This document shows positions 1-12,700 of a stretch of 64,000 bases of DNA, in pieces (position 1 is the stretch's first letter; each line of letters begins with the position of its first letter). Source of the DNA: Hyphochytrium catenoides (lineage: Eukaryota; Protista; Hyphochytriomycota); NCBI GenBank assembly GCA_900088475.1, contig FLMG01002763.1, positions 1 to 64,000 on the forward strand, given 5' to 3'. The position numbers and the translations under genes were made by a program. The notes beneath the pieces were generated by a model that was given only the letters and a program-made list of their open reading frames with translations, did not search any database and was not told where the DNA came from.

Positions 1-176
1 TGAGACAACGGACCAAAGAAAGAATGCGATAGGTCGCTAGTGAGTGATGTGAGGTAAAACTTCTTCGTCCCTTTACCCGCCCCAGCTCTCGTATTAGACG
101 CTGTTCTTCATGCTTCTGCAATGCGACTCTATAGTCTACTTTACCCTTGAAGACAGGACCTTCTCAGTTCACTGAC

Positions 177-306
177 CTAAGTCCAAGATGCGCTCTCCAG
201 GTTGTGGCTTTAGAAGTCCTTCTACGAGCGGTTGACTCACAAGATCCGCGACGAACGAAGCATTCTCCTCGTACTGCTCAGCGTTCCAATCGTCCTTGGC
301 AGCCAT
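177..306 (-). CDS. First exon of a class I SAM-dependent methyltransferase (trans-aconitate methyltransferase-like); gene continues toward or past the window start
   Basis: MAAKDDWNAEQYEENASFVADL...LLKPQPGERILDLG: WnaxxY start and ILDLG motif I, followed by donor AG|GTCAGT at 176. Confidence 0.8.
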
Positions 307-938
307 GTCTAACCTTGATCTCTGCCCCTTTCGATCCTCTTTTCTAAGCAGTTTGCTGAGACAGGACTGCTCTGGGTTCTCCAGCAAATAGAATAATGAG
401 CAGCAGGCAAACCCTGCTAGATACCCCTCTCTGATCTAACCAGAGAGCAACCTCTGACTGAGACTTACGGCAGTCGGGAAGAGACGCCACTTGATCAAGA
501 GTCGTTGCCACGACTGGCTCAACAAAGGCTGCAGCAGCAATCTTCAGCGCACTGGCAACGCATCCTCAATGTCGACATCGGACGCGGGATGAGGCTGCAG
601 AGCGCCTGAGGAGTGAGGAGGGCAAACAACCCGATGCGATCGATAGGGCCAGCAAGAGACAGAGCCGACAATAACGACCCTCAATTCTGACAAGAACTGT
701 CATTATTGATGTCAAATATAAACATACATAGCACATTTTCATTTTTGAGCATTATTGACAATGCCAACTCCGAAATTTTATAGTTATATAATTCCGCCCA
801 CCTAGTGAACTCTCGGATTTGGCAATATTAACATCCATCAGGCCAGTGTGAAATATGAAGTTGACTTCAACAAAGAGTTGAAGAGCTGTCGGAACGGAGG
901 AAGCGACGGAAGCTTGACCAGGGCAGGGCAGGGACTCT

Positions 939-2210
939 CTAGGCTGCGCGGGCCATAGGAACGCTCTGTGTGGCCAGCACATGCGCCAACAAGCCTCCAA
1001 AGCCCGCTGCCATCAGCTGCACGGCTGTCGACCTCGAGAAGCTCAACTTCTTCGCTTGCCCCTCTGTCTCTACTATCCTCTCATGTTTCCATGGGCCATT
1101 CCCAAAAGGCCCAAGGTAGGAGCAAACAATCTCTTCCATGACATCCTTTGGCAATCTGCTCGCCTCTGTCAGTGCTACGACCGGATCCTTGCATACTGAT
1201 TTGAGGGGAAGCCAGCTGGCCCTGTAGCTCACCAATCTGCTTAAGGCCAACGGGGAGAGGGAGTATGAGGAGCTCTTCAGTTCTTCTCCCCATAACTCCA
1301 AGTACCTAATAGTCGCGTTGTACTCCCATCTGTTATCTAATGCTCCAGCCCGGCTCATCCTGCGCTGGCTCTGCTTTTGACTCCACAAGTCCTTGCCTTC
1401 TCTGTCCTGTGTCTCTTCCTTCCACAAAGTCCTTTTGATTAACTTGGTAGATTGCAACGCTGTCCATCCTCTATCATCCACCGCATCTAACGGACTTCCT
1501 AAGCGAAGAAGAGTCGCTACAGCCTTCCACTTCCCTTTGCTGCTGGCGAGAGAAAGAGGAAGATGGCCCATTCCATCCTTGCTTCCTAGATCGGCCCCTG
1601 CCTGTGCTAGAACTTCTATGGAATCTGGCTCGCAGGAGCAATGCAGCGGGTAGGTGCCGTTGCGATCCGTGACATTGGGGTCGGCGCCCTGAGAGAGGAG
1701 AAGAGAGATAGAGGCTGCGTCCTTCAGGGCATGAAGGGCCGTTCTCCCGTCATTTCTTCTAAGACTTGCTTTGGCGCCATGAGAAAGAAGAAGAAGAGTG
1801 ATCTCGTGCGAAGGGGAGAGAAAGAGCGCTGTTTGTCCGAGCGCGTCTTCTCCGTTCACATCTGAGTCACAGCTTTCTAATAAGTAAGCGACCAGCTCGG
1901 GATGGTTAGCACTGACGGCCACGTGGAGTGCCGTCTCGGCGTTGAGGCCAAAGTAGACTTGTCTCAGCCCTATTCTGTCTTGATTGTCCGTCCCTCTTTG
2001 CGCATCTCCCAGGGCACATTGCTGTTCCCAATCAATCAGGAACTCCAGGTCTCCTCTTTCTATAGCTCCTCTTAGAGTTTCAAGCATTAACTCTTGGTCC
2101 ATCATCACGAGAGAACCGCTTTGAGCCAAGCTGACGAGCAGGTGATTGTAAAAGCCAACGTCCTTCTCTATCAGTCTCAAAATGAAGGCGAAAAGTTTAG
2201 GTTGAGTCAC
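939..2210 (-). CDS. Intronless ankyrin-repeat protein with a C-terminal F-box-like motif and hydrophobic tail; true start may be the Met near 2105
   Basis: Repeats ETALHVAVSANHPELVAYLL, GQTALF, GRTALH, GTYPLH, GHLPLSLA, GWTAL; C-terminal LPKDVMEEIVCSYL. Confidence 0.85.
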   Translation of the reverse strand: MTQPKLFAFILRLIEKDVGFYNHLLVSLAQSGSLVMMDQELMLETLRGAIERGDLEFLIDWEQQCALGDAQRGTDNQDRIGLRQVYFGLNAETALHVAVSANHPELVAYLLESCDSDVNGEDALGQTALFLSPSHEITLLLLSHGAKASLRRNDGRTALHALKDAASISLLLSQGADPNVTDRNGTYPLHCSCEPDSIEVLAQAGADLGSKDGMGHLPLSLASSKGKWKAVATLLRLGSPLDAVDDRGWTALQSTKLIKRTLWKEETQDREGKDLWSQKQSQRRMSRAGALDNRWEYNATIRYLELWGEELKSSSYSLSPLALSRLVSYRASWLPLKSVCKDPVVALTEASRLPKDVMEEIVCSYLGPFGNGPWKHERIVETEGQAKKLSFSRSTAVQLMAAGFGGLLAHVLATQSVPMARAA

Positions 2211-2600
2211 TCTGATGGAGCTGTCCTCTCACGATGGTGCATCGAACTTTCGTGAGCTTTAAAGATGGATAGAGCTTGGTCTTTTTAAAACTTTCTTGGC
2301 CCTACGAGCAGTACCGCTTTCTGACCTTGTCTAATACCTTTTGGCTATGGAACTCTCTCTGTCGGCGCCCTATAGCGTCTGCTATATCTCAGCCCCCATC
2401 TCGTACACTCAATCCTCTTTTCCCCCTCTCGCTCTCCTCTCTTGATGTCAGTCTACTCCCTCTCCTCTCCCGCTCTCTCTCTCTCTATTCGATGGGTCTG
2501 TCTTTGATGCTTCCATCCTGCGCGCAGGTCAGAGCTCCTGCCCTCACATCAGCGCCAGCTCTTGGGCCATCAGCAGCGAGGCTCCCGGAATCTCAGAAGC

Positions 2601-3575
2601 TCAGAAGCTCAGAACCCACAACCCTTGAACTTCAAGCACACTTCCTCTACTATTCCAAATACATGATTCTCCTTTCTCCTCATCATCAGTGTCCTGTGTA
2701 CTGTACAGCATTGTATTGTTCCATAACGGCAAGCATTCACGATAGAACCTGCACCGCTTGTATCGAATCAGAATAATGGCAAGAGCGTTTACGTCTGGAA
2801 TCGGCACGCATAAATTCTGTAATGTGCCTGACCAGGACATCAGTCTGCTTCTTGGAGGCTCCATCTCTGCATCTCAGGTCCAATAGCGCCTTCTTCTTCC
2901 AGGCCTCCAGACGACCGTCGTCTGGTCCTAGGCCGCGAGATTGTTGGCAGGATTGGGAGCACAAGGCCGGCCGGCCCGCCATCAGTAGCTGTCCAATTCT
3001 ACTAGGAACTGGCCAGACTTCCTCACGACGATATCCATGCGTTTATAGAACCCCGTAGGGCTACGCACCTCTGTTCTTAAGATCGTTATAGAGCGGGCTG
3101 CGCTTATGAACCTGTGATAGTGAATCTCCGCAAGCTTGAAGAATATCTCTCTGTCATGACCAGCGTCGGCTTACCCGAGACTTGAGTGGCAGCGGAGACA
3201 AGTTGATTGCTTTGGCTCTAAAGCTTTTTGAGATTCACTACCACCAGGGGGATTAGAGCACAAAGCATCATGGCACTCGTGCAGCAAATGATGACGACGA
3301 ACAGTTCAAGGTGCCGCTCTTCGCACCGTTTCCTGCATTCTGCCCCTTCGTCTTGGCTTTGAATGTTGAATCTTCATCATCGAGCCATTGGGGCCTGTAT
3401 CCCGCGCGGATGGCGCCCGATGGAGAGTCTTCTACATGCCCCGGGGCCCTCTTTCTTCGTAAGATGGCACCTGAACTTTGTCTCTTCTTTAGCGTGCTCT
3501 TTGTCCTTTCTTGCGAACCCCGACTCTGAAGGTTCTGATTGCTTTCTCTTGAAGCAGTCATTTCGCCGCTTTCTT
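2601..3575 (-). CDS. Possible multi-exon hypothetical protein
   Basis: Several minus-strand open segments with protein-like composition (3268-3561, 2737-2982, 2601-2700) and GT/AG sites; no recognisable domain; exon phases not fully resolved. Confidence 0.3.
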
Positions 3576-4008
3576 CTAAAGATAGAAGTCTCTAATGTCT
3601 AGCTGTTAACTGCATGATTAATGGCCGAAAGGAAGATTGAATATGGATAAATGTGTTATGAAGGCCTGGGCTGCATCGTCTTGCTAAGAAGCATCACGCT
3701 AGCTCAAATAGCGTTACATGCCACGTTCCGACTAGTTCCTCTATAACAGAGAAATGAATGTTATCATTGCTCTGGACCTCGACAGATGCAAGGCCTAAAG
3801 GGGTCATACTGTGGAAGAGCTGATACATGGCTTGCCAAGTCAGCTGTAGTACCAATCGACAGTCATTGCCAGCGCCTATGTTATCCTTCTATTGAATTTG
3901 GGGTTCTGTCTAGGCTGACGGATCTTTGTGGCTTATGCTCTCTCTAGATGTCAACAACGTGCAAGATCGTAGCTGCTTTCTTTGTTTATGTTAGGTTCTT
4001 AAGGTTGA

Positions 4009-4542
4009 TTATTTGGAGCTACCTCGCGCCGTTCCAGAAAGAACGATGTAAGCCTGTCCTGACTGCTCCTGCTGCTGCTTCAAGGCGCCCATAGTCCGTG
4101 ACTCGTACTCGCCTGTCGTTGACGGACAAGGGAAACATAGAGTATTAGAAAGTGTTCTCATCCTCTTAAAATGATCTTGCATAGATGAGGAGGAGGAGAG
4201 GAGTCGTTCACTGACCGCTGAAGATCTTCTTCGCCTTTATTTCTTCCTGGAGTTTCTTCAACCGCTTGTCCTGCTTCTTCTTCCCAGGCTTCTGTCCGTG
4301 GAATCTATAGGAAAGCTGCCGGTATGCCTCCTTCAGGGTCAGCAGCCGACCGTACTCGTCTCGATACTCAAGCTTAATCTCAGGTGCAGGATCTCCCAAT
4401 CTCTGCAGGTCCACTCTTTCATCCTTGGCTCTTCCAGCCTGCTCCTCTTTGCCTCCATCACGAAGGTCTCCCTATACACATGTCAGCAAAACGAATGGGG
4501 ACAGTGAGGAGAGAGGCAGCCCAAAAACGGGTTTGATGAAGC

Positions 4543-4584
<42 letters not shown>

Positions 4585-7154
4585 GGGCAGAGGAGGTAGA
4601 ACGGCATATTCTCTATCTGTGAGCAAGGTCATTTACCGTGTAATTTAGGAGCTGTAAGGCCGCGGCCATAGAGTGGCCAGCCAGAGGCAGATCCTGACCC
4701 CAGTTTTCCTCTTGCTTCTCTTCATCTTCGTCTTCCTCTTCTTTGCCCTCTCCCGTCCCTTCCTCAATATCCATAGCGTCTGACAGTGAGAGTAGCGGCA
4801 GCTCGCGTTAGAACAATGCCAAAAGAAATTGAGGGGCAAGGGAAATGAGAACTCAGTGCTCCAACTAGACAGACTTACCCTCTCTTCCTCTTTCCCTTCC
4901 AGCTTGGCTTCTTTCATCCCCTTTCTCTCGCATTTGGGCTTCCAATCTCCGCGAGAACTCCGTGGTTTGAGAGAAAATGATCTTCTTTCCCCCCTCGATT
5001 TCCATTCCGCTCTCCTTTCTCGCTGCCATGGCTCTGACTCGCTCTGCCATTGAGAGAGGACCACTTTCTAGCCCCCTATCTCCCTCCTTGGCTTTGGCTT
5101 TCAGGGCCAGGCGGCGTGCTCTTTCTAAGGAGAGCATAAGATCAGCGTCCTCCTCGCCATCTTCTTCTGCCAGCTGAGGAGCAGTAGGAGGTGGGGCAGC
5201 GCGTAGTTTTGCTGCTGCAGCTTCTGCCTTCTCTTTCGCAGTATTGAAAGCTTCTTTCTTCCTCTTTTGCTCTTCATTCTTGGCTGCTTCGGCTTTTGCC
5301 TGCGTGGTAGCCCTGCTGCCGTGATCTCCACTGAGAGAATGACGAAGGCAGCCAAGAAGGACAGAGAATGCGCGCTGGTCAGTAAAGTCATGTCAAGGAC
5401 TATGTGACACGAGATCAACCCCACAGAGGAAGACCGCAATATTCCGATGGCAACAGGGAATGCCTAAAGGACAGTAACAGAGCTGCCTGGCAACGCAGGA
5501 CAGCTAACTAGGAACTGACAAGCAGGGCCCTCTCACCTAGTATTTGCGGCGTCGGCCTGTTCATCTGCTGCCTCGTCTTCCTCATCCTCAACTTTCCTTC
5601 TTATCTTTTTTTTCCTAAGCTTCTTTGGCTTAGAGAACTTGGCCATCTCTTCCTGCGTGTAGTACTCCCGCGCCGCTTGAGTCTTATCCATAGCTAGAGA
5701 GAACTCCTTTGAGGGGCAAGAGACCGGTGTATCAGCAGGAGCGCTAGCGGCGGGAAAAAGTAGCCAAGAGAAAGAGGTGCNNNNNNNNNNNNNNNNNNNN
5801 NNNNNNNNNNNNNNNNNNNNNNNNNNNNNNNNNNNNAGCTTTTGAGGTAGGTGGAGCTACCTCTTTGCCTCACAAGAGACAAGAGAATTAGCATGCACGA
5901 GAGAGAGTAAGGATTACCTTCTTGCCGGGTAGTGCAATCGTTTTCTCGGCTCCCCCAACATCTAAAGCAGCTTTTCCTTGTCTGTCCAGCACGATCTGGC
6001 GCTTTGGTGCCTTTTCTTCGTCATACTGACTGAGCAGCTTGGGCTTGCCTTGCAAAGCTGACTCTGGATCTTTGAACTCGTCGTCGTCATAGCCGCTGCA
6101 GAAGAGAAGAGCGACAGGGCACAGACACAATTAGTTAGAAAAAAAGTTTGGCGAACGCAAGGAGAGGAGGCAGCTGAGGTGACCCAGAGCATAAGGGAAG
6201 CATGAGGAGAAGAAGAGAGCAAAGGGTCCGTTACCAATGAAGAGAAGAAACATGACAGAAGCAAAGCGTGAGAGGAGCGGGATAACCTGTAGGCAGGTAG
6301 CTTGGATCTCCTCTCTCTCTCTTTCCTTTCCTCCGTCTTCTGCATTTCCGTTAAATTCAGGTTCTCAAGCTCATCCTCTTCTTCACCCTCTCCTAGGACT
6401 GAGGTGTCCTTCAGGGTAAGAATCACTGAAGCGTCATCCTGGAGCTCGGAAGCGTCGTGAGCAATCTTCAATCCTGCTAGATCCTTCGACGTATAGGCTG
6501 TAGGAGAACGACATATATACGGGTGAGACTCGGCAAGATTGCCGTAGAAAGTGTGATAGAGGGAGAGGCTTGCTTTGGGAAAGAGACATTGGAAGTCAGT
6601 CTTACCTGGACCTGTTCTGGCTGCCTTCTTAGCTCTCTCTTCCTCCTCTTTGGCCTTTCTCTTTCTCTCTTCCTCCACCTTCCTGCTTCTCCCTATCCAT
6701 TTTGCCGCACTATTCATGTCTTCTTCTTCTTCCAGCACCTCCCCTAATGACTTTCCAGCGAGTTTCTGCGTCAGCAGCCGGCGGTTCCTCGCCTTCTCTA
6801 TTCTCGCCTCCATGGCAGCTCTTGCCGCTATTTCCTGCTCTTCTTCCCTCTTCTTCCTGCTGTTTTCTATTGCTTCTTGATCTTTCTTGTTTCCTCGTCC
6901 CGACGTCAAGGGCTTCAGACCTGTACATTAAAGAAAGTTGAAGGTTAACATGAGAGAAGAGACACAATATTAGTCGTTGCAGCGAGGGAGACAGACATAG
7001 TGAGTTAGTTAGCAAGCAGTTTGCGTTCAGATAGATGGGAAGAGAAAGCTGGAAGGAGATGAAACGCTGAGTGAGATGACCAACATAAAGACATAGGCAA
7101 ATAGACAGAGAAGGTTTGAATGCGCACAGAGTGCGATGATCACTTTAAGACAGG

Positions 7155-7196
<42 letters not shown>

Positions 7197-8190
7197 GAGG
7201 TGGGGGAGAGAGAGAGAGGTGTATGCTTAGCAGGTGCATGAGGATGACTGAATCTGCTCACCAAGAAGCTTGCGGATGCGATTTGTTTCCTCCACAGAAC
7301 ATGAAATCTCTCCATTCTCTTCCTTGATGGATGCTCTGGGGCCCGACCAGTTATCCTCTACCGCTTCCTCCTCTCTCTTCTCAACCTCAAGTACTTCTCT
7401 TCTGTCATCCTCTTCCCTTCCCCTAGCAGGGCTTCGGCTTCTTTCTCTCTCCCTGTCGCTCCTGGATCCCCTTTCTCTACGACGATCGTCATTGTCTCTG
7501 CTCCTGCTTCTTCTTCTCTCTCGGCTCACACTTCTACTTCTACTCCTCTTCCTTTCTCTACTGATACTTCTGCTCCTTCTTCTTTCCCTGCTTGGACTTC
7601 TTTCTCTGCTTGTACTTCGGCTCCTCCTGCCTCTCCTGCCATAGCGAGTGTCTCTGTATGAAGAGTGAGCCTTTCCCCTGTCTGGTGAGTCTCTGCGGCT
7701 TGGTCTGCTGCGGGAGCTCCTGACAGGAGATAGACAGAGAAAATGGGAAGAAGAGAGAGAAGAAGGTATTCGGTTTGCGAGTGATGATTAGCTGCTACAT
7801 AGATTGCGTGAAAGGACGGTCAGCGGTGCAGGTAATATGGAAAGAAGGAAGAGAAAAAACAGAACACGCGCGCGTGTTCGAAAGAGAGAGAGAGAGAGAG
7901 AGGAACACCCAAGATATGCTGCACACGCAAGAGGAAGGAAAAGTAAAGATAGAGGGTATCGAAGACGAAGGAGAAAAAAGAGAGACAGATAAAGAGAGAA
8001 TAGAGAGAGAGACAGACAGAGAAGGAAAGAGAAGATTGATGATTGAGGGAGTCCCAGCCAAAAAGGAAAGAAGCTTTAGCCCTCCGCGAGTGCGAAACAA
8101 TACGATAGGATTCCGCCGGGACATCAATGATAGTACTCACCCTCCATCATCCCTGTCATTCCTCTCACTTCTTCTTCTGTCCCTGTCCAT
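4009..8190 (-). CDS. SART1: U4/U6.U5 tri-snRNP-associated protein 1 (SART1/Snu66), multi-exon
   Basis: RS/RD-rich N-terminus; HIND motif ISCSVEETNRIRKLLG; VILTLKDTSVL...DELENLNL; C-terminal IKLEYRDEYGRLLTLKEAYRQLSYRFHGQKPGKKK; last exon ends AYIVLSGTARGSSK*. Confidence 0.95.
5781..5836. other. Assembly gap (N run)
   Basis: Run of n within the SART1 locus. Confidence 0.99.
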
Positions 8191-9709
8191 TTGCTCTGCA
8201 GTTCCCAGTATTCTGGGCCTTCACAATCTTAGAGCAATAGGAGAGAAAAGAGAAATGTCCTGGAAAAGTAAGGGGCCCTCAGCTGGCCAAGGCGCTCTCT
8301 CCTCGCCTTCTAGATCCACACTCTCCTCGTAACGATGAGGTCGACCAAGAGTTCAATGGAGAAAAGGATTCGCTAGCTTTATAGGGAGAGATCGCTACTT
8401 TTGCTTGGCCAGACTTATTAGAGATGCTGGCAATCTCCGTGAGCTCTGTTATCGAGTCCAGATGCTCTAGTCAGCGAGCTCTGGAAGCGCTTGTGGTGGC
8501 TTTGACAGTGTGGCCGCGCGATGTTGGGGCTTGTTTCTCGTCCTCTTGGTCCTCGAGCTTTGCAAAAGGTACTCTCTCTCCCTTCTGCTCTTCTCCCTTT
8601 CTCTCTCACAGGCATCTCACGTCTCTTCTCTCTCTCTCACTTTCATTTTCTCTTTCTCTTTCCTTTCTCACTCTCTCTCCCTCTCCCTCTCTCTCTCTCT
8701 CTNNNNNNNNNNNNNNNNNNNNNNNNNNNNNNNNNNNNNNNNNNNCTCTCTCACACACACACACACAAAATTTCCCTCTCTCTCTCTCATGTCTCTGTCT
8801 CGTTCTCCCAAGTCTCCCCCAGGAGCGATCATGGTACGCAAAATATGTTTATTTACGTGGGGGTATTCGAAACTTACAAAGGTTTCATTTTTGAAGCTTT
8901 TAACCGGTAGTGTAAACTTATGGAAGCTGGGTTTATTTCGCTTCGGATTTACTGCACCAGAAGCAATCAGATATGGAGGAATATCTTTGGGCCTACAGTA
9001 CAGACAGCCCTCGCTATACTGATGACAAGAGAGGATTATGTTCAAGGCAGAACTGAGCAAGCGCAGACGAAAAAGAGGAGAAAAGGAGTTTTTTTGATCT
9101 CCGCCAACAATAAAAGCGGACAGAAGAGAGACAGACGCTTCATGCGAGACAGAGTGTGAGACAGAGCAGCGCTTATATAGTCCATCGAACACCTGAGCAG
9201 CACAACCGAGAGAGCAAACGAGAGACAACATTCGAGCAAAATAGAGGTCGGAGAGAGCACAGAAAAGCTCTGTCTCAAGCTTCATCGGTCACTGAAGTCT
9301 GGTGCACGGATTTCTGCAGCTTTCTCGTTGTTAGATTGGACCAGCTCTGAGACGCGAAGAGGCTAGAAGCCAGTCCTTTGGCTGTGATCCCTCAATGCTT
9401 GTTGGGGTATATCGTTGAGGAGAGTAAGGAGGAGGTGGAGTGGAACAAGCCTCGTTCCCACGAACCAGCTTCTACATTAGCTTGACTGGTAAGCTCTGAG
9501 TTCTCATTGTACAATATTTTAGCATGGACTTTCGCACCTCCGATGTTACATTGTTGTCTTACCTCCTGCCCTCATGTTGCTCTGGAAAATGTAGCCACCA
9601 CCAATACAATCACCTACCGAATCCATCTAAGGCCAAGCATACCTCACGTCTGACATCGAAGCACTAGCCCACGTCCGAGAGGAAACAACCTCATCATAAA
9701 TCCTCAACG
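8191..9709. promoter_or_regulatory. Divergent intergenic region between SART1 and the SAPS gene; contains a (CT)n/(CA)n tract and an N gap (8703-8745)
   Basis: Head-to-head start codons at 8190 (-) and 9710 (+). Confidence 0.55.
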
Positions 9710-12700
9710 ATGTCGTTCTTTAGCAGCGGCATGGGTGACGGCGGATTTGGAAATGCCGCCATATGGTCGCAGGGCGTGGCTATGTTTGCCATTGAGAGGT
9801 AGGGAAAGCCTCGCTTCACTTGTGTCGTCCTCCCTAAGCTGACCCCTAATATCCTCCTCCTCGGATGAATCATGCTTCCAGCCCAGTAAATGATCTGCTC
9901 GCCAAAGATGACGTTACCCTAGAGCAACTTTTAGAGGAAGATGAACTTCTCCAAGAGGTCAAGTCCATGAATCCCAAGCTGCTAGACTTGTAAGGCGTTC
10001 GTGATCTATAGAGGAGAACCTTCACTTCAACCTCTTGTTGCGCCTTACTTTCTTCTCTCTGTCTCTGTCTCTGTCTTTCTTTCTCTTTCTCTCTTCCACT
10101 CTGCTCTCCTTCTGTCATCCTCTTTGCTCTTTGAGCTCACTAGCCCTGCTGTCGAGTTCTGTCCTTTCCTTACCCCCATCGGCTCTTCAACTCTTCTTTT
10201 CACAGCTTCGGAAAGGTAGAGAATGTGAGGAAGATGGTAGAGTACATCACAGTGCCTTTCAAGCCTGAAGACACAGACAATAGGAAGTTCAGGTATGAAG
10301 CTCTCACCTTCAGTTGCTCTGTCCTCAAGCATCTCGTCCCTCTCTTTGTGCGTTTCTTGTCTTCCTTTCCTTTTCGCGTGGTCTCTCGACGTCCCCTGCC
10401 ACGGCATCCTCTCTGTCTGGGCACATTGAGCAGCTCCTTTCCCCGTGTCCTTAAACTTCGTTCTTGTCCCCTCTCTCTTTTCGACGCTTTAGATACCCCT
10501 ACATGGCCTGCGAGGTCATCTGCTGCGATATATCACAAGTCACAGATGCTGTGGCAGAGGGAGAAAACGGATCACTCCTCGACCAGCTTTTCTCCATTCT
10601 TGACCTGCCGCCTCCTCTCGACCCACATCTTGCAGGCTACGTTGACAAGGTATTGCTGACCTAGTTGATGGTGCTCATGTCTTATGAATACGTGTCAATC
10701 ATGTCGAAGGGTCCATGCGTCACCTTCCTGACGGCCGTCTATATCAGTGATTATAGTAGTTGGCTCGTGGCCGCCTAGCGGTAAACTATTGCTTCGATCT
10801 TTGCTCGGCCGATTTTGTCTGACTTCAATTCTTGCCCGTCTCTTGTCTCTTCAGGTCTGTACCCTTCTACTGCAGAGGCGTCCAGATCCGTTGACAAAGT
10901 ATCTGAACTCGCGAGGGATAGAGCTCTTTCATCGTTTCATGAAGCACTTGGACTCCTTCTCTATTGCCCAGCTCACCAAAAAGCTTTTGCAGCCTCCAGG
11001 TAAGCTCAGCGCGGTGATGTTCTGCATTTTGGAACTAGTGGTTCACATCGAGGGATTCCTTACTCGATGTGATCTCTAGCTAGTATGGCATGTCTGAGAT
11101 ACTTTGTCATCCTTTGGTTCACTGCAGGCTTTCAAGATGAATCGATGGGGATGCCCTTAGGAATGATGGGAGGAATGGGCGAAGGGTAAGGCAGTCGACT
11201 CTGTTGTCCTCACTCTATCCCCCATTTACATCATCTGACACGGTGCCTCCCCAATCCCTGATGGCTGGACATCTCGCGCTGCCTGTTCTTGCCTTAGCAT
11301 GGGTATGAGCCTTGCCAACCTCAATTCACCTTCCATGCCCACCAGCCCTATCCATGTTTCATGGCATGATGATCCCGCCATTATCGACAGTCTGGTCGCG
11401 CTTATTCAGGTGGGCGTACTTCCTTACGTACTCCTTTTTTGCCCTACTTGTCCACGCCCGTCCTGACGATCGTGTTTCGTCTCTATAAGGTCAAGGATGA
11501 AGAAGGAAATATCCTTCGGTCAGATGTCCATGATAATGCCTCTGAAGTAAGTGCCCTTCTCATTTTGCCTCACCATTGCGCTTGTACAGTCAGTCGACGT
11601 TACATCTCACACGGCTCCTTCTGGCCCTCCGTTGCGTAGATTATTGTGGAAATAGTTCAGCACTCTGGTCGACCTTGTCATCTTGACCCCGACAACGCAC
11701 ACGATAATCAGACGGGGCTTATGTCTCACCTGCTGAGAGAAGAAACGCTGGATGGTATTTTGAATGCTGCCCTCCCCCTGACTCCTTTGGAGCAAGGGCA
11801 GAGCAGCTCCTCTGTCGTAGCGGGACTGACAGTCTTGGTATGGACAGTAATTCAAAACCTGACACATCACGTTATTGTATTGCAGCTCATACCATTAACA
11901 CTATGCCGGATGCTGCTTTTTTTTTTTTTCTCCACTTATGATGGGAGACAATGTGCCTAAGCAAGCGGAGAAATGGCTTAGCTTAGCTTACAGATGCTTG
12001 TCCCTCTGAGTCCTGTCAAAATAACCAGCACCTGCGAATATAAGGGCCTGAATGGAACTTCTCACAGTCCGTTTGTCCCTTACTTCTATCACAGGCTGCA
12101 GTTCTTTCGATATATGTCAACACACACTATATGAACCAGCCTAGTGAGGAAACGGTGCCACGGGCGATAGAGATGACGTTAGAAAGGATTCCTCGCGTGT
12201 GCGAAGAGCTCAAGAACGCGGATTGTGGAAGTGTTCGGAATCAGTTGCACGAGGAGAAGCCTCGATTAGGCATAATGAGGCTGAAGGTAAGAACGTAGGC
12301 CCCATGGGTGCGCATGTTGACCCCTTCTTTGACCCTGGCCCCGACATCTGGCGTTTTCTGTCATTTCCCACAATCCGAGCTATTCTGAAGGCTGACATGT
12401 AGCGTTGCTCTCTTCTGTCTCTCCGCTGGTGTCCTTTCGATTGAGACCGCTTGTCTGCTCTCAAAGAATATTTGCATCCCTGACTTCGCGTGTTTACTAA
12501 CAACATCGTCCCTATGACCCTTCATCATTCAGCTGGTGTATCTTATTGGCCTGCTTCTGAACTGCAAACTACATCGGATAGACGAGGTCATTAGCAAGGA
12601 GGTAAGCGAAGGGATACAAGGAAGAAGGATGGAGTATTTTGGCTCGTATGGCCTTTTCCATTGGCGGTGGAAGGCCTAAGCCTCTCTCTTGCGTATGCGC

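Noticed and set aside
9018-9058. Box C/D-like TGATGA...CTGA
   Set aside because: Too short, with no terminal stem or recognisable rRNA guide
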